Assembly (NCBI GenBank): GCA_041891055.1 | Contig: CP169074.1 | Span: 1-64,000 of the forward strand | Length of the DNA stretch: 64,000 nt | Direction of reading: 5' to 3' | Source: Halorutilales archaeon Cl-col2-1 | Lineage (GTDB): Archaea; Halobacteriota; Halobacteria; Halobacteriales; Afararchaeaceae | Part shown: positions 47,844 to 57,579 of the stretch, in pieces | How the letters are laid out: each line of letters opens with the position of its first letter | Numbering within the stretch: position 1 is the first letter of the stretch | The notes under the pieces: generated by a model | The model's database searches: none | Seen by the model: only the letters and a program-made list of their open reading frames with translations | What the model was told of the DNA's origin: nothing | Position numbers and translations under genes: made by a program

Positions 47844-48308
47844 ATGAGCAACCAGGAGATAGACGACGTCGACAGGGCTATTCTGTACGCGTTACAGGAG
47901 GACGCCCGAAACACCTCGTCAGGGGATATCGCCGAACGGACGGGTACCTCCGACAGCACTGTCCGCAAACGCATACAGAAACTCGAGTCCGAAGAAGTCA
48001 TCAAAGGATACAGTGCCGAAATCGACTACCAGAAGTCGGGCTATCCCCTCCGCATGATGCTGTTCTGTACGGCGTCGATCCCCGAGCGCGGCGACCTCAT
48101 ATCCGAAGTACTCGAAATAGACGGCGTGGTGTCAGTCCAGGAGCTAGTCACGGGTGACGAGAACCTTCTAGTTACTGCTGTCGGGGAGAACGACAGCGAC
48201 ATCACACCGATCGCCCAGGAGCTCCTCGACATGGGTGTGACGGTAGCCGACGAGGTACTCGTCCGGAGTCACGAAACCACTCCTTTTGGCGGGTTCGACA
48301 CCGAATAG
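47844..48308 (+). CDS. Lrp/AsnC transcriptional regulator
   Basis: IDDVDRAILYALQEDAR..IAERTG.SDSTVRKRIQKLE..VIKGY. Confidence 0.93.
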   Translation: MSNQEIDDVDRAILYALQEDARNTSSGDIAERTGTSDSTVRKRIQKLESEEVIKGYSAEIDYQKSGYPLRMMLFCTASIPERGDLISEVLEIDGVVSVQELVTGDENLLVTAVGENDSDITPIAQELLDMGVTVADEVLVRSHETTPFGGFDTE

Positions 48309-48404
48309 GTGAGACTCAACTCGGAACTCGGAGGGTTCAGAATCACCTTTCCTGACCACAGTCAGAGACTGGGATAACGATGTATTTATCAGACAGGAGA
48401 ATAC

Positions 48405-48421
48405 GAACAATCCGGTAATAT
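48405..48421 (+). promoter_or_regulatory. Shared upstream motif, copy 1 (before the CA-like gene)
   Basis: GAACAATCCGGTAATAT, 14/17 identical to 49251-49267. Confidence 0.45.
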
Positions 48422-48516
48422 TTTAGACATCAAAGACCAACCTGTTTGTAAGTGACAGCAGTGAACCGTAGTGGCAGACTGTACCCACGTCGACAGACGG
48501 AGGTCGACTCTCAGTA

Positions 48517-49197
48517 ATGACGGAGGAAGCAATAGAGTCGGTGGTTAAGTCAGTCCAGGATAACCTTAGCCCTGAAGAGGGGTACGTACACAACTCTGAT
48601 TCACAGACTGCTCATATAGTCACGTGTATGATGGAGAACCGTGAACACGGTGAGCCGCCTTGGCCCATCGAAGTTCCGTGGCGCGTCTTCGGCGTCGAGA
48701 CAGTCGGCAACCAAGTACGGGAGAAGTGCGGTAACAAAACGGCTCTTGACAGTAGTCTCCTACATCTCACATCTCAGCACGACTTCACAGCCGTGGTCGT
48801 CGTCGGTCACACTGACTGTGAGGCTGTCAAGGACGCCTACGAGTACTGGGTTTCCCCCTCCTCAGAGCCACCCGCGGGGATCGAATCGCGCCTAAAGCCA
48901 CTCGTCTCGGTAGTCGATGACGCGTTCGATGAGGGCGTCTTCGAGGAATCGACCCCGCTACGAGCCGTACAGAGCAGACTCGTCGAGTACAACGTCGTGC
49001 GTCAGGTCTCGTTTCTCGAAGAACATATCCCAAACTCGACTACTACGGTCGGATACGTTTACGACGAGAACGGTGTCTACGGCTCGTTCCCAGACATGAA
49101 ATATATGGTTGCACTCGACGGCAGGAGCGATCCAACCGAGATCCGAGACCGCCTTCCGGAGGAGACCTCGGTTCGTGTCGCAAGCCTGATAGACTGA
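48517..49197 (+). CDS. Beta-carbonic-anhydrase-like protein with an atypical active-site motif
   Basis: VTCMMENR in place of CxDxR, GNQV, VVVGHTDCEAV (HxxC), LVEYNVVRQV, GYVYD. Confidence 0.75.
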   Translation: MTEEAIESVVKSVQDNLSPEEGYVHNSDSQTAHIVTCMMENREHGEPPWPIEVPWRVFGVETVGNQVREKCGNKTALDSSLLHLTSQHDFTAVVVVGHTDCEAVKDAYEYWVSPSSEPPAGIESRLKPLVSVVDDAFDEGVFEESTPLRAVQSRLVEYNVVRQVSFLEEHIPNSTTTVGYVYDENGVYGSFPDMKYMVALDGRSDPTEIRDRLPEETSVRVASLID

Positions 49198-49250
49198 GTC
49201 GGCGCTACACTCATCTAAAAACCGTAATGTTCAACAAACCATACTTTAGG

Positions 49251-49267
49251 GAACGTTCTGGTAATAT
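49251..49267 (+). promoter_or_regulatory. Shared upstream motif, copy 2 (before dabB)
   Basis: GAACGTTCTGGTAATAT. Confidence 0.45.
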
Positions 49268-49383
49268 AGGTAACTTTAATAGGCACTTTGTTCGTACTAG
49301 CATGTAGAGACTACCGATGGCTGTAGTCACGGCTTACTAGCCCGTCTCGACAGTCGTCGGTCACAGGCAGGTCAAACAAAAAT

Positions 49384-50874
49384 ATGTCAGGACAAGAACA
49401 GACGACTACGGTTGGACAGCTTCCGACTCCGAGTACTGAGGAACCACGTCTTCCTACGGTACTGACGAGGCTCGTGTGGCTTCTCTGGATACTGAGCTGT
49501 GGCGCTCTCGCCGCCTATCTCTGGAACTGGAGCGGAGAAGCTTGGGAAGTAGCGGGACTCGTGCGCGTCGATGGACTTACAGTAGTGATGTGGACGACGG
49601 TCACCTTCTTCAGCGGCATCGTCCACAGCTACTCGCGGCGGTACATGTCAGGGAGCCGGAGCATAGACAGCTTCTTCCGCCGTGTCTTCGGCTTCACGGT
49701 CGCTGTGATGGTGTTGGTCGCGGCTGACAGCTTCGTCTTGTTCGGGGCTAGCTGGCTCGCGATGGGACTCGTTATGTCTCAGCTAATCGGACAGTTCGAC
49801 GGCTGGCAACAGGCACGTTCGGCGGGTTCGCTCGCACGCCGGTACTTCGTCGGTAGTACGGCGTTACTCGGGGTCGGACTCGTGACAGTCTGGTTGTTCA
49901 CCGGAGTGGCAACAGTCTCTGGGGTCGCCTCTGCTGTCGAGAAGACTTCTTCGACGGTGTTACTCTTCGCGGCTACTGCGCTCGTGTTAGCCGCTATGGT
50001 TCAGTCGGCACTGATTCCGTTCCACACGTGGCTGCTCTCGTCGATGACAGCACCCACACCTGCCTCGGCGCTGATGCACGCGGGCTTCGTCAACGCGGGT
50101 GGAATTCTACTCACACGGTTCGCTCCCATAGTCACTGTCGACCCGGGATTCATGGTCGCGACAGTCGTCGTCGGAGCCGTGAGTGCTCTCGGAGGTAAGA
50201 TACTCAAGTCAGTCCAGACAGACTTCAAGAGCACTCTGGGATGTTCGACAGTCGGACAGATGGGATTCATGATAATGCAGGCAGGTCTCGGCTTCTTCGG
50301 GGCTGCAGTCACCCATCTCATAATACACGGCTTCTACAAGGCGTATCAGTTTCTCTCGTCGGGAGGCGAGGTCGAACACAAGAGCCCCAAGAAGTCGAAA
50401 CCCACCGGCTCGGTAGGATTTGTCGACACCGTCGTTGTTATCGCCACAGGACTCGCGGGCGGTGGGGTCTTCGCCGCGCTCACGGGCAAGGGAACCAAGC
50501 TCGACGGAGGCATAGTCTTAGCCCTCCTCGTCGTCCTGACAGTTCTACGTGCTTCCCTCGAAGTCGTTAGACACAGTTCGTTGTCAGCCAAGCTTCGGTA
50601 TGGCGTTCCGGTCATCGCACTCCCCGCTATCGGAGTCTATGCCGCGGTCTACCGAGTGATAGAGGGAGTACTCGCCGAACTCCCCGGTGTCGGTCAGCCA
50701 GCCGAACTGACACCGATCCATCTACTCGTCGCAGTCGCCTTCGTCGTCGTCTATGTCGGTATCGAGAGCGGCGTCCACAAGCGGAGCCACCGGCTCTACG
50801 TGGCGTTGCTAAACACGACACAGCCCCCGTCTGAAACCCTACTAACTTCGAAGGAGGAATACAATGAGTACTGA
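49384..50874 (+). CDS. dabB: DabB/NuoL-like proton-translocating membrane subunit of an inorganic carbon pump
   Basis: QSALIPFHTWLLSSMTAPTPASALMHAGFVNAG, STVGQMGFM, HLIIHGFYKAYQFL; overlaps the DUF2309 gene. Confidence 0.88.
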   Translation: MSGQEQTTTVGQLPTPSTEEPRLPTVLTRLVWLLWILSCGALAAYLWNWSGEAWEVAGLVRVDGLTVVMWTTVTFFSGIVHSYSRRYMSGSRSIDSFFRRVFGFTVAVMVLVAADSFVLFGASWLAMGLVMSQLIGQFDGWQQARSAGSLARRYFVGSTALLGVGLVTVWLFTGVATVSGVASAVEKTSSTVLLFAATALVLAAMVQSALIPFHTWLLSSMTAPTPASALMHAGFVNAGGILLTRFAPIVTVDPGFMVATVVVGAVSALGGKILKSVQTDFKSTLGCSTVGQMGFMIMQAGLGFFGAAVTHLIIHGFYKAYQFLSSGGEVEHKSPKKSKPTGSVGFVDTVVVIATGLAGGGVFAALTGKGTKLDGGIVLALLVVLTVLRASLEVVRHSSLSAKLRYGVPVIALPAIGVYAAVYRVIEGVLAELPGVGQPAELTPIHLLVAVAFVVVYVGIESGVHKRSHRLYVALLNTTQPPSETLLTSKEEYNEY

Positions 50875-53320
50875 ATCCACAATCAAGGATAGTATCGAAT
50901 CAGCAGCCGATACGGTCGGTTCCGTCTGGCCCCTACACTCGTTCGTAACGTCGAATCCTCTGTCGGGCTTCGAGGATCAGCCGTTCCACGAAGCAGTCGA
51001 GGAAGCAGAGGATCTGATAGGCGGAGACGGATATCCGAGTCATGACGTGTTTCGGAGAGCGTGGGAGTCGGGACAGATCGACACCGAAGTGTTAGAGAGA
51101 CGTCTGAGACAGAACGGCTACGGTCTGAGTCCCGAGGAGTCACTCGACCGCATGGCTGAGAAAAGAGCGGAGACGGACGACGATCCCAGAAAGACAGCCG
51201 AGATGGAGAAGGTCGATGCGGTTCTAACGAAATGGCTCGCGGCGTTCCTCGACCAAGGACATGCTGACTGGTCGATGCCGAACCGCGAGGAGGGTTTCTA
51301 CGAGGCTTTCCGAACCGTCGCACGCCACGACACGGATATACCCGACAGGGACTTTATCGCGGATCTTCCCGACGATCCCATCGAGGCAGTCAAGGACTGT
51401 CTCGCGGATTACCAGGTCGGCGACTGGCACAGTATCTTCGATTTCCAGATGGCGGAGCTACCGGGCTGGACGGGGTACCTCAAACAGCGTGCCGATGACG
51501 ATGGTGCCTGGCAGTCGAAGTACCCGATAACCCTCTCGGGGTATCTCGCGGTTCGTCTGACTCTCGTAGACCTCTTCGATGCACCTCTCGCACCGTCGGA
51601 AGAATATTCCGGCGACACCGACCGCAGAGACTCGACCGGCGAGGACAGAGAGGGACTTCCACTCCCCGAAGTCTGGCTCGCGGCTTGGGAGGAGACATAC
51701 AAGACCGAACTCGTCGAGTCGATCCAGGAGACAGGTGACTCGGCGTCGGATACATACAGAGAGGGACGTCCCGACGCCCAGCTAGTCTTCTGTATCGACA
51801 CACGGTCCGAGATCATCAGACGTCATATCGAGGAGGCTGGCAAGTACGAGACCCACGGCTACGCCGGCTTCTTCGGGGTTCCGATGCGGTACTCGGAGTA
51901 CGACGGCGACGTGGATGTCGATGCGTGTCCCCCGATACTCGACCCACAGCACCGTATCACAGACCGTCCCGCGGAGGACTGCGACAGTAAGAGTAAGGAC
52001 GAGTACGAAAACTGGCAAAAAACACTGACTGCGGGAAAGAAGGCTCTCAAGAGTATCAAGTCGAATGCCGCGACAGCCTTCAGCTTTGTCGAGAGCACAG
52101 GCGTGGGATACGGCGCAGCCTTAGCCACTCGGACGATCCTACCTGCACGTGTCTATGACCTCTTCGACACAGTCGACGAACACGTCCCTGACGACCACGA
52201 GTTCTGTGAGCCTTCACTCGACTTCGACTGTGACGCCCCCACCCATGACAGTGACCACGGGCTACGCGAGGGACTTACGCTTGACGAGAAGGTTGAGTAC
52301 GCCCAGACAGCCTTCGAACTCATGGGATGGGAAGAGTTCGCCCGCCTCGTAGTCTTTACGGGACACGCTAGCCAGACTACGAACAATCCCTTCGACTCGA
52401 GCCTCGACTGTGGAGCTTGCGCGGGCAATCCGGGCGGTCCGAACGCACGTGTCCTCGCGGCAATCTGTAACGACGGCGAAGTCAAGCGAGAGCTACGTGA
52501 CCGGGGCATCGCCGTCCCAGACGACACCGTCTTCGTCGCTGCTGAACACAACACGACTACCGACGGGATCGAGATCTACGACAGTCGAGTCCCTGAAAGC
52601 CACGAGGAGGACTTAGAACAGCTACGTGACGACCTCGAAACTGCCCGAGAGGCTGCGGCTGAGGAGCGTTCCTGTAGCATGGGTGTCGACGGAGACGCCG
52701 AGTCAAGAGTCCGTGATACAGAGCGCCGTGCCGCTGACTGGGCAGAGACACGTCCCGAGTGGGGTCTCGCGGGAAATGCGGGCTTTGTAGTCGGTCCTCG
52801 CACACTCACCCAAGACTGTGACCTCGACGGACGGTCTTTCCTTCACTCGTATGACTGGAGGACAGACCCCGAGGGCGACGCACTCGAGGATATACTGACA
52901 GGTCCTATGGTCGTTACTCAGTGGATCAACGCCCAGTATTACTTCGGGACGGTCGACAACGCCGTCTACGGGAGTGGCTCGAAGGTGACACACAACCCCA
53001 TCGGAAATATCGGTGTCTACCAGGGCAACGGTGGCGACCTGATGACAGGTCTGCCGTTAGAGTCCCTGATGAGTGCCGATGACGAGCCCTACCACCAGCC
53101 TCTCCGTCTCTCGACTGTGGTTCACGCACCCGTCGAGAATGTGACCGAGATACTCTCCGAAAACGACGAGATCACACGTCTTCTCGACAACAACTGGCTC
53201 TCACTCACGGTCGTCGATCCCCAACGGGGACACCGGGCGTTCGAATACGACGGCAGTCTTAGCTGGACGCCAGCCACAGACGAGACCGCCGAACGCGAGC
53301 GCGTCAGTATAACCAACTGA
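50864..53320 (+). CDS. dabA: DabA (DUF2309) beta-CA-like subunit of an inorganic carbon pump
   Basis: VWPLHSFVTSNPL, FCIDTRSE, GHAS, LDCGACAG Zn ligands, RPEWGLAGNA, WINAQYY. Confidence 0.92.
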   Translation: MSTESTIKDSIESAADTVGSVWPLHSFVTSNPLSGFEDQPFHEAVEEAEDLIGGDGYPSHDVFRRAWESGQIDTEVLERRLRQNGYGLSPEESLDRMAEKRAETDDDPRKTAEMEKVDAVLTKWLAAFLDQGHADWSMPNREEGFYEAFRTVARHDTDIPDRDFIADLPDDPIEAVKDCLADYQVGDWHSIFDFQMAELPGWTGYLKQRADDDGAWQSKYPITLSGYLAVRLTLVDLFDAPLAPSEEYSGDTDRRDSTGEDREGLPLPEVWLAAWEETYKTELVESIQETGDSASDTYREGRPDAQLVFCIDTRSEIIRRHIEEAGKYETHGYAGFFGVPMRYSEYDGDVDVDACPPILDPQHRITDRPAEDCDSKSKDEYENWQKTLTAGKKALKSIKSNAATAFSFVESTGVGYGAALATRTILPARVYDLFDTVDEHVPDDHEFCEPSLDFDCDAPTHDSDHGLREGLTLDEKVEYAQTAFELMGWEEFARLVVFTGHASQTTNNPFDSSLDCGACAGNPGGPNARVLAAICNDGEVKRELRDRGIAVPDDTVFVAAEHNTTTDGIEIYDSRVPESHEEDLEQLRDDLETAREAAAEERSCSMGVDGDAESRVRDTERRAADWAETRPEWGLAGNAGFVVGPRTLTQDCDLDGRSFLHSYDWRTDPEGDALEDILTGPMVVTQWINAQYYFGTVDNAVYGSGSKVTHNPIGNIGVYQGNGGDLMTGLPLESLMSADDEPYHQPLRLSTVVHAPVENVTEILSENDEITRLLDNNWLSLTVVDPQRGHRAFEYDGSLSWTPATDETAERERVSITN

Positions 53321-53386
53321 AACAGTTCAGCTTCTTCGGCTTGACAAGCTTTGTATACTCCCGAACTCTATACGTCCCATCCTCGT

Positions 53387-53809
53387 ATGTACAAAATTCT
53401 CGAACACACTGCAGACGCCAAGTTCAAGGCTGAGGGCGAGACACTCGAAGACGCATTCACCGAGGTAGTCGAGGCGTTCGCCGAGGTGGTCGGAACACCA
53501 CGGATAGAAGACGAAGACGACGATTCCGAGACTGATGTTGGGATAGCGGTTGAGTCGGAGAACCTCGAAGCCCTTGTCTTCGACTTCCTCGACCGTCTTA
53601 TCTACACTCAGGACGTCGAGGGCGTCGCAGTCGTGGAATCCAAGGACTTGACTGTCGACGAGACGGACAGCGGCTACTCACTCGAAGCCGTTCTCAAGAC
53701 AGTGCCCATAACCGGAGGCCTCACCGACATCAAGGCTCCGACATACAACGACATGAGGGTCGAGGAGACCAACTCGGGATGGCTGATTCAGGCGGTTCTC
53801 GACATCTGA
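53387..53809 (+). CDS. Archease (start ATG 53387)
   Basis: LEHTADAK, DIKAPTYNDM, VLDI C-terminus; adjacent to rtcB. Confidence 0.92.
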   Translation: MYKILEHTADAKFKAEGETLEDAFTEVVEAFAEVVGTPRIEDEDDDSETDVGIAVESENLEALVFDFLDRLIYTQDVEGVAVVESKDLTVDETDSGYSLEAVLKTVPITGGLTDIKAPTYNDMRVEETNSGWLIQAVLDI

Positions 53810-53846
53810 CCCAAAGGTTTAGTTAGGCAGATTCGAAGACTCAGGT

Positions 53847-55271
53847 ATGGAGATATCACAGGTAGACGAAAACATCTACGAGATCGAGCAGGAAGACGAC
53901 ATGAACGTTCCTGCGAGGGTCTACGCTTCTGAGCTTCTTCTGGAGAAGATCGAACAGGACAAGACGCTCGAACAGGTCAGAAACGTCGCCACCCTGCCGG
54001 GAATACAGAAGTACTCTATCGTTCTCCCCGACGGTCACCAGGGATACGGATTCCCGATAGGCGGCGTCGCGGCTGTCGACATGGACGACGGAGTCATAAG
54101 TCCCGGAGGTATCGGCTATGACATTAATTGCGGCGTCCGTGTTCTGCGTACAAACCTGAGTTACGACGACGTGAAGGGAACGGGGGAGAAGCTAGCCGAG
54201 AGGCTCTACCAGACAGTCCCATCGGGTCTCGGCAAGGGAAGCTATCTAGACACGGATCTCGACGACATAGAAGGTATACTCGAAGGCGGCATGGAGTGGA
54301 TGCTCGAAAACCGACACGCCTTCGAGGAGGATCTCGAACACTGTGAGGAGAACGGCAGGCTACCCGGCGATCCGAAGGCTGTTCCCGAGGAGGCGAAGGA
54401 GAGAGGAGTCAGCCAGGTTGGATCGCTCGGATCGGGCAACCACTTCTTAGAGGTACAGAGGGTCTCGAACCTCTACGACGAATCGACCGCCGAAGCCTAC
54501 GGTCTTGAGGAGGATCAGATCGTCGTCATGATACACACGGGATCGAGGGGTCTCGGACACCAGACGTGTACCAACTACCTCAGGAGGTTCGAGAGGGAGT
54601 ACCCCGATATAGTCGAGGATCTCCCCGACAAGGAACTCATATACGCGCCGATAGGCGACGACCCAGCCGAGGAGTACAGAGACGCTATGTACGCCGCCGC
54701 CAACTTCGCGTGGTCGAACAGACAGGCGATAACACAGGCTGTGAGAGAAGTCTTCAACGAGATGTACAACATCCGTGAGAGGGACGTCGAACTCGTCTAC
54801 GATGTCTGTCACAACATAGCCAAGGAGGAGACCCACACCGTAGACGGCGACGAGAAGGAGCTACTCGTCCACAGGAAAGGCGCGACGAGAGCCTTTCCCG
54901 CAGGAAGGGAGGAGGTTCCCGACGTCTACCAGGACGTAGGTCAGCCCGTTCTCATACCCGGTACGATGGGCACCGACTCGTGGATACTCTCGGGAGGTGA
55001 GAAGTCGCTCGACCTCTCGTTCGGATCGACCGCACACGGTGCTGGCAGGGTGATGTCGAGGACACAGGCGAAGAAGGACTACTGGGGACGTGACGTACAG
55101 GAACAGCTCGCGGAGAGGCAGATTTACGTCAGGGCAGAGAGCGGATCGACTATCGCCGAGGAGGCACCCGGAGCGTACAAGGACGTCGATGAGGTCATGA
55201 GGGTGAGCGACGAACTCGGAATAGGTGAGAGGGTCTCACGTCTCGCTCCTATAGCGACTATAAAGGGGTAG
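53847..55271 (+). CDS. rtcB: RNA ligase RtcB
   Basis: PDGHQGYGFPIGG, DINCG, GSGNHF, HTGSRG, HNIAK, HRKGATR, HGAGR, EEAPGAYK. Confidence 0.97.
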   Translation: MEISQVDENIYEIEQEDDMNVPARVYASELLLEKIEQDKTLEQVRNVATLPGIQKYSIVLPDGHQGYGFPIGGVAAVDMDDGVISPGGIGYDINCGVRVLRTNLSYDDVKGTGEKLAERLYQTVPSGLGKGSYLDTDLDDIEGILEGGMEWMLENRHAFEEDLEHCEENGRLPGDPKAVPEEAKERGVSQVGSLGSGNHFLEVQRVSNLYDESTAEAYGLEEDQIVVMIHTGSRGLGHQTCTNYLRRFEREYPDIVEDLPDKELIYAPIGDDPAEEYRDAMYAAANFAWSNRQAITQAVREVFNEMYNIRERDVELVYDVCHNIAKEETHTVDGDEKELLVHRKGATRAFPAGREEVPDVYQDVGQPVLIPGTMGTDSWILSGGEKSLDLSFGSTAHGAGRVMSRTQAKKDYWGRDVQEQLAERQIYVRAESGSTIAEEAPGAYKDVDEVMRVSDELGIGERVSRLAPIATIKG

Positions 55272-55310
55272 AAACGAGAGAGACAGACACAAAGACAGAG
55301 AACTAATAGA

Positions 55311-56132
55311 CTAAGACAGCTTCTTCTTGGCTTCCTCGACTATTCCGTCTATGTCGGCGTCCTGGAGATCCTCGTCGCCGAGTCGGAGACGCAGACGCGG
55401 TCTTCCTATGTCGATCGGCTCCTTCTCGGTGTCTATCAGACCTGCGTCCTCCAGCTCAGTCTTCTTACGTGAGAAGGTCGCCTTCGACGCGACGCCCGAG
55501 TCTTCTCCCCATTTCGAGATGTCATAGAGGAGTATCTTGTTCTTCGCCGCGACCAGGAGAGCGACTGTGATCTCGTCGAGCCCCTCACCGTCACCCTTCG
55601 CGGCGTCGAGGAGGTCGAGGACTCTTCTGAAGTCGTCCTCAGTCTCGTCGCCTATCTCGTCGCTCAGACTCTGGCTCACGTCGCTCATCGGCGGAGTACG
55701 TATCTTGAACTCGTCTCCATCCTCCCACATCGAGTCGAAGAGGTTCGAGACCGACTCGGCGAGTTCGTCGTTCTCGGCTGCGACGGTACCTATCGAGTCG
55801 TCGGTCTCTATGAAGCTGATAGTCTCTGTGTCGTCGAGTATAGCCACCGACCTCTCGACCGTGTCGTCAGTAGACAGTATCTCTAAGACTCCCTCCTTTA
55901 TGAGGTCACTCGCGGCACTCGATATCAGGAAGTCACGCATCACCTCCTTGAGACTCTCCTCGTGGACGAGTACACGCATCCTCTCGATCTTGTCGCGCTC
56001 CTCGCTCGCGACCTCTATGTAGTCGCCCAGAACCCCAGGAGAGACCTGCAGAACGTCGAGACTGCCTCCGCTTTCCTCTATGGATCTCCGTATAATGTCC
56101 CGTCCGTCGACACCTGTCAAGTTCGCTGTCAT
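55311..56132 (-). CDS. tbsP: Haloarchaeal transcriptional regulator TbsP (DUF5821)
   Basis: LLYDISKWGEDSGVASKATFSRKKTELED..IDTEK.PIDIGRPRLRL; divergent from glyA. Confidence 0.85.
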   Translation of the reverse strand: MTANLTGVDGRDIIRRSIEESGGSLDVLQVSPGVLGDYIEVASEERDKIERMRVLVHEESLKEVMRDFLISSAASDLIKEGVLEILSTDDTVERSVAILDDTETISFIETDDSIGTVAAENDELAESVSNLFDSMWEDGDEFKIRTPPMSDVSQSLSDEIGDETEDDFRRVLDLLDAAKGDGEGLDEITVALLVAAKNKILLYDISKWGEDSGVASKATFSRKKTELEDAGLIDTEKEPIDIGRPRLRLRLGDEDLQDADIDGIVEEAKKKLS

Positions 56133-56334
56133 TCTGACTAAGTATATTGATAGGTCTATATTTAATTTGACGGTCTGAGTCTGATAAATGAGGGATAACG
56201 AGGTAGTTGGAATACGTCAGTCTTAGATTGACTATAACACAGATCGGGGATATGTGGAATACGTCGCTCGCCGACGCTTGAAAGTCTCGGTTGGATCGGA
56301 GAAGACTTATGCTCGACAGTCCGTTTGGTTAGGT

Positions 56335-57579
56335 ATGGAACACATAGACGAGACCGACCCCGAGACGGCGGAGGCGATACGCGGAGAGATCGAGAGGGAG
56401 GAACGCGGTCTTGAGATGATAGCGAGCGAGAACATCGCCTCGAAGGCTGTGATGGAGGCACAGGGCTCTGTAATGACCAACAAGTACGCCGAGGGGTATC
56501 CAGGAGAGAGGTACTACGGCGGCTGTGAACACATGGACGAGGTCGAGGATCTCGCGAGAGACCGCGCGAAGGAGATCTTCGGAGCCGACCACGTCAACGT
56601 ACAGCCACATTCGGGGACACAGGCTAACATGGCAGTCTACTTCTCTGTTCTTGAGCCCGGCGACAAGATACTCGGAATGGATCTCACACACGGAGGACAT
56701 CTCTCCCACGGACATCCCGCCAACTTCTCGGGAAAGCTCTACGACGTAGAGAGCTACGAGGTCGACGAGGAGACGGGACGTATAGACTACGACGACCTGA
56801 GGGAGCACGCCGAGGAGTTCGACCCCGACATAATCGTATCGGGAGCGAGTGCGTATCCCCGCGAGATAGAGTTCGACACTATAGGAGAGATAGCCGACGA
56901 CGTCGACGCCTACCATCTCGCCGACATAGCACACATAGCCGGATTAGTCGCCTCAGACGTTCATCAGAGTCCTGTTGAGCACGCCGAGTTCGTGACGACG
57001 ACGACACACAAGACACTCCGTGGTCCGAGAGGCGGAATGATAATGTGTGACGAAGAGTTCGCCGACGACATAGACACGACTGTCTTCCCCGGAGTCCAGG
57101 GAGGACCCCTGATGCATGTCGTAGCCGCTAAGGCTGTCTCGTTCAAGGAGGCACTCACAGACGACTTCGACGAGTATCAGGAGGCGATCGCCGAGAACGC
57201 ACGTGTCCTCGGTGAGACGCTCCAGGACGAGGGATGGAACCTCGTGAGCGGCGGAACCGACAACCATCTCGTCCTGATGGATCTACGTGGTACCGGAATT
57301 ACCGGAAAGGAGGCGGAGGAAGCACTCGAAGACGTCGACATCACAGTCAACAAGAACACCATACCCGGCGAGGAGAGAGCCCCGACCGTCGCCTCGGGAA
57401 TACGTATAGGTGCTCCCGCGCCGACGACACGTGGTCTGAGAGCCGACGAGTTCGAGAAGGTAGGACGTCTCATCTCACGCGTCCTCAACAACACCGACGA
57501 CGACGAGGTCAAGGCGGAGATCAGAGAAGAGGTAAACAGTCTGTGTGACGAGTTCCCGATCTATCCCGTACTGAACTAA
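56335..57579 (+). CDS. glyA: Serine hydroxymethyltransferase (start ATG 56335)
   Basis: [43 protein letters not shown]. Confidence 0.98.
   Translation: MEHIDETDPETAEAIRGEIEREERGLEMIASENIASKAVMEAQGSVMTNKYAEGYPGERYYGGCEHMDEVEDLARDRAKEIFGADHVNVQPHSGTQANMAVYFSVLEPGDKILGMDLTHGGHLSHGHPANFSGKLYDVESYEVDEETGRIDYDDLREHAEEFDPDIIVSGASAYPREIEFDTIGEIADDVDAYHLADIAHIAGLVASDVHQSPVEHAEFVTTTTHKTLRGPRGGMIMCDEEFADDIDTTVFPGVQGGPLMHVVAAKAVSFKEALTDDFDEYQEAIAENARVLGETLQDEGWNLVSGGTDNHLVLMDLRGTGITGKEAEEALEDVDITVNKNTIPGEERAPTVASGIRIGAPAPTTRGLRADEFEKVGRLISRVLNNTDDDEVKAEIREEVNSLCDEFPIYPVLN

Noticed and set aside
51594-51650. Imperfect hairpin CGTCGGAA-gaata-TTCCGGCG in a variable loop of dabA as another mini-element
   Set aside because: Only one weak stem, no C-NNN-G triloop, no clear second hairpin or flanking duplication
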